A DNA stretch of 63,486 bases, filler included, from Chiloscyllium plagiosum (Eukaryota), in assembly GCF_004010195.1 (NCBI RefSeq). It is 5 parts of one record of this genome, joined end to end, with 100 filler letters (N's around TTAATTAATTAA, not from the genome) between each part and the next. Parts side by side here need not be neighbours in the genome. Positions count along the whole stretch, not along the records: positions 59,457 to 63,486 come from NC_057717.1; 4 more parts are not named here. The stretch is one strand, 5' to 3'. This document shows, one piece after another, positions 62,570-63,486 of the stretch. A program made the position numbers and the translations under genes. The notes beneath the pieces are model-generated. The model made no database searches. It had not been told where the DNA came from and saw nothing but the letters and a program-made list of their open reading frames with translations. The first letter of the stretch is position 1, and each line of letters starts with the position of its first letter.

Positions 62570-63486
62570 ACCCAAGCTCCGGTCGCGCGGCAATTATTGG
62601 GAAAATGGAGAAGGTGCACCTCGTTGATTTCGGCAGTCTTTAGTTTCCCTCTTTGCCGCAGCGGCTCAGGCAAGCGAGATCCGGACTGAGAGACCATGGA
62701 AACAAGACGGGTTGAGACGCGGCGGGTTCGGTCGGGTAACTCTTGTGCACAGCACCCGGGTAAGAAAAAGGTCCTAAATAAGTATTATCCGGGTGACCGG
62801 GATGGTATCGGTATTTGCTGATATCACCGCGGGGCAGAGCGTGCTGACACGCGGCAAGTTTGGTTGGGAAACTCTTTTATACACAAAACCCGGGTAAGAT
62901 ATATATCTGTACATCATCGGGCGACTGGGGCAAGCAACGGTTGTTGCTGCCATTGCCGTTGGCTGGCGTGCGGCAGGTTTGGTCGGGTAACTTTTGTGTA
63001 CAGACGACCCGGGTAAGATATATCTGTATATCTCCGGGAGACCTTGGCAAGCAACGGTTGTTGCTGCCATTGCCGTGGGACAGAGCACGCTGACACGCCA
63101 CGGCTTTGGTCAGGACAATTTTTGTGTATACAAGACCTGGGTATCCGGGCGGCCGGGATAGGTAGCGATTGTTGTCTGGGTAAGCAGTGGGATGGTTGCT
63201 GCCAGGTATTGCCGCGGGACGAGGTGCATTCGACCAGGGAACTTTTATGCACAGACCAAGGTATGAAAATGGACCTTTAAGTATTGCCTTGGTGGTCGGG
63301 CACGTACGAGAAGTACGGTGAATTGGCAACACATAAATTAAGGTAGTTAATTGGCTAAATTAATCTGATGAGTGAGGTGTCTACCTGATTCGGCCAGCCA
63401 GCCTTAGACCGGTTGTTTAGAGTGAAAATCCCCCACGCGAAGGTCAGGACCCTAAAGTGGGTGCTGAAGAAGGTTACACCGAACCT
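62570..63486 (+). mobile_element. Retroviral 5' leader with five imperfect ~120-130 bp repeats
   Basis: CpG-rich; the module 'ggtttggtcgggtaacttttgtgtacag...acccgggtaag' recurs at ~62726, 62858, 62976, 63103 and 63226; gag is not reached in the window. Confidence 0.7.

Overview
Eukaryotic, repeat-dense genomic DNA, most likely from a cartilaginous fish (shark). This is inferred from abundant CR1-type LINEs with (CTATGTT)n/(CTATGA)n tails, HE1-like tRNA SINEs, Penelope fragments and a shark-type GPR139-like exon. The window appears to be five pieces joined by artificial 100-bp spacers (N44-TTAATTAATTAA-N44 at 26795, 36087, 55881 and 59357), so adjacency across those points is probably not biological. 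I recognise no intact protein-coding gene. Mobile elements include a near-full-length decayed L1 with nested CR1/SINE insertions, many CR1 fragments, a Tx1/Keno-like LINE 5' end headed by U1- and U2-snRNA-derived sequence, Gypsy gag/LTR fragments, and a CpG-rich LTR + tRNA-Pro PBS + repeated leader at the right end. Several Penelope-type minimal hammerhead ribozyme motifs occur, two of them in tiny TSD-flanked insertions. Other content: a cassette present in about 5 paralogous copies that may hold a decayed Ig/TCR V-like segment, an orphan GPR139-like first exon with a premature stop, a decayed two-exon remnant, several minisatellites and a 3.4-kb 45-bp tandem array. Boundaries of decayed elements are approximate (tens of bp), and all family assignments come from motif recognition, not database searches.
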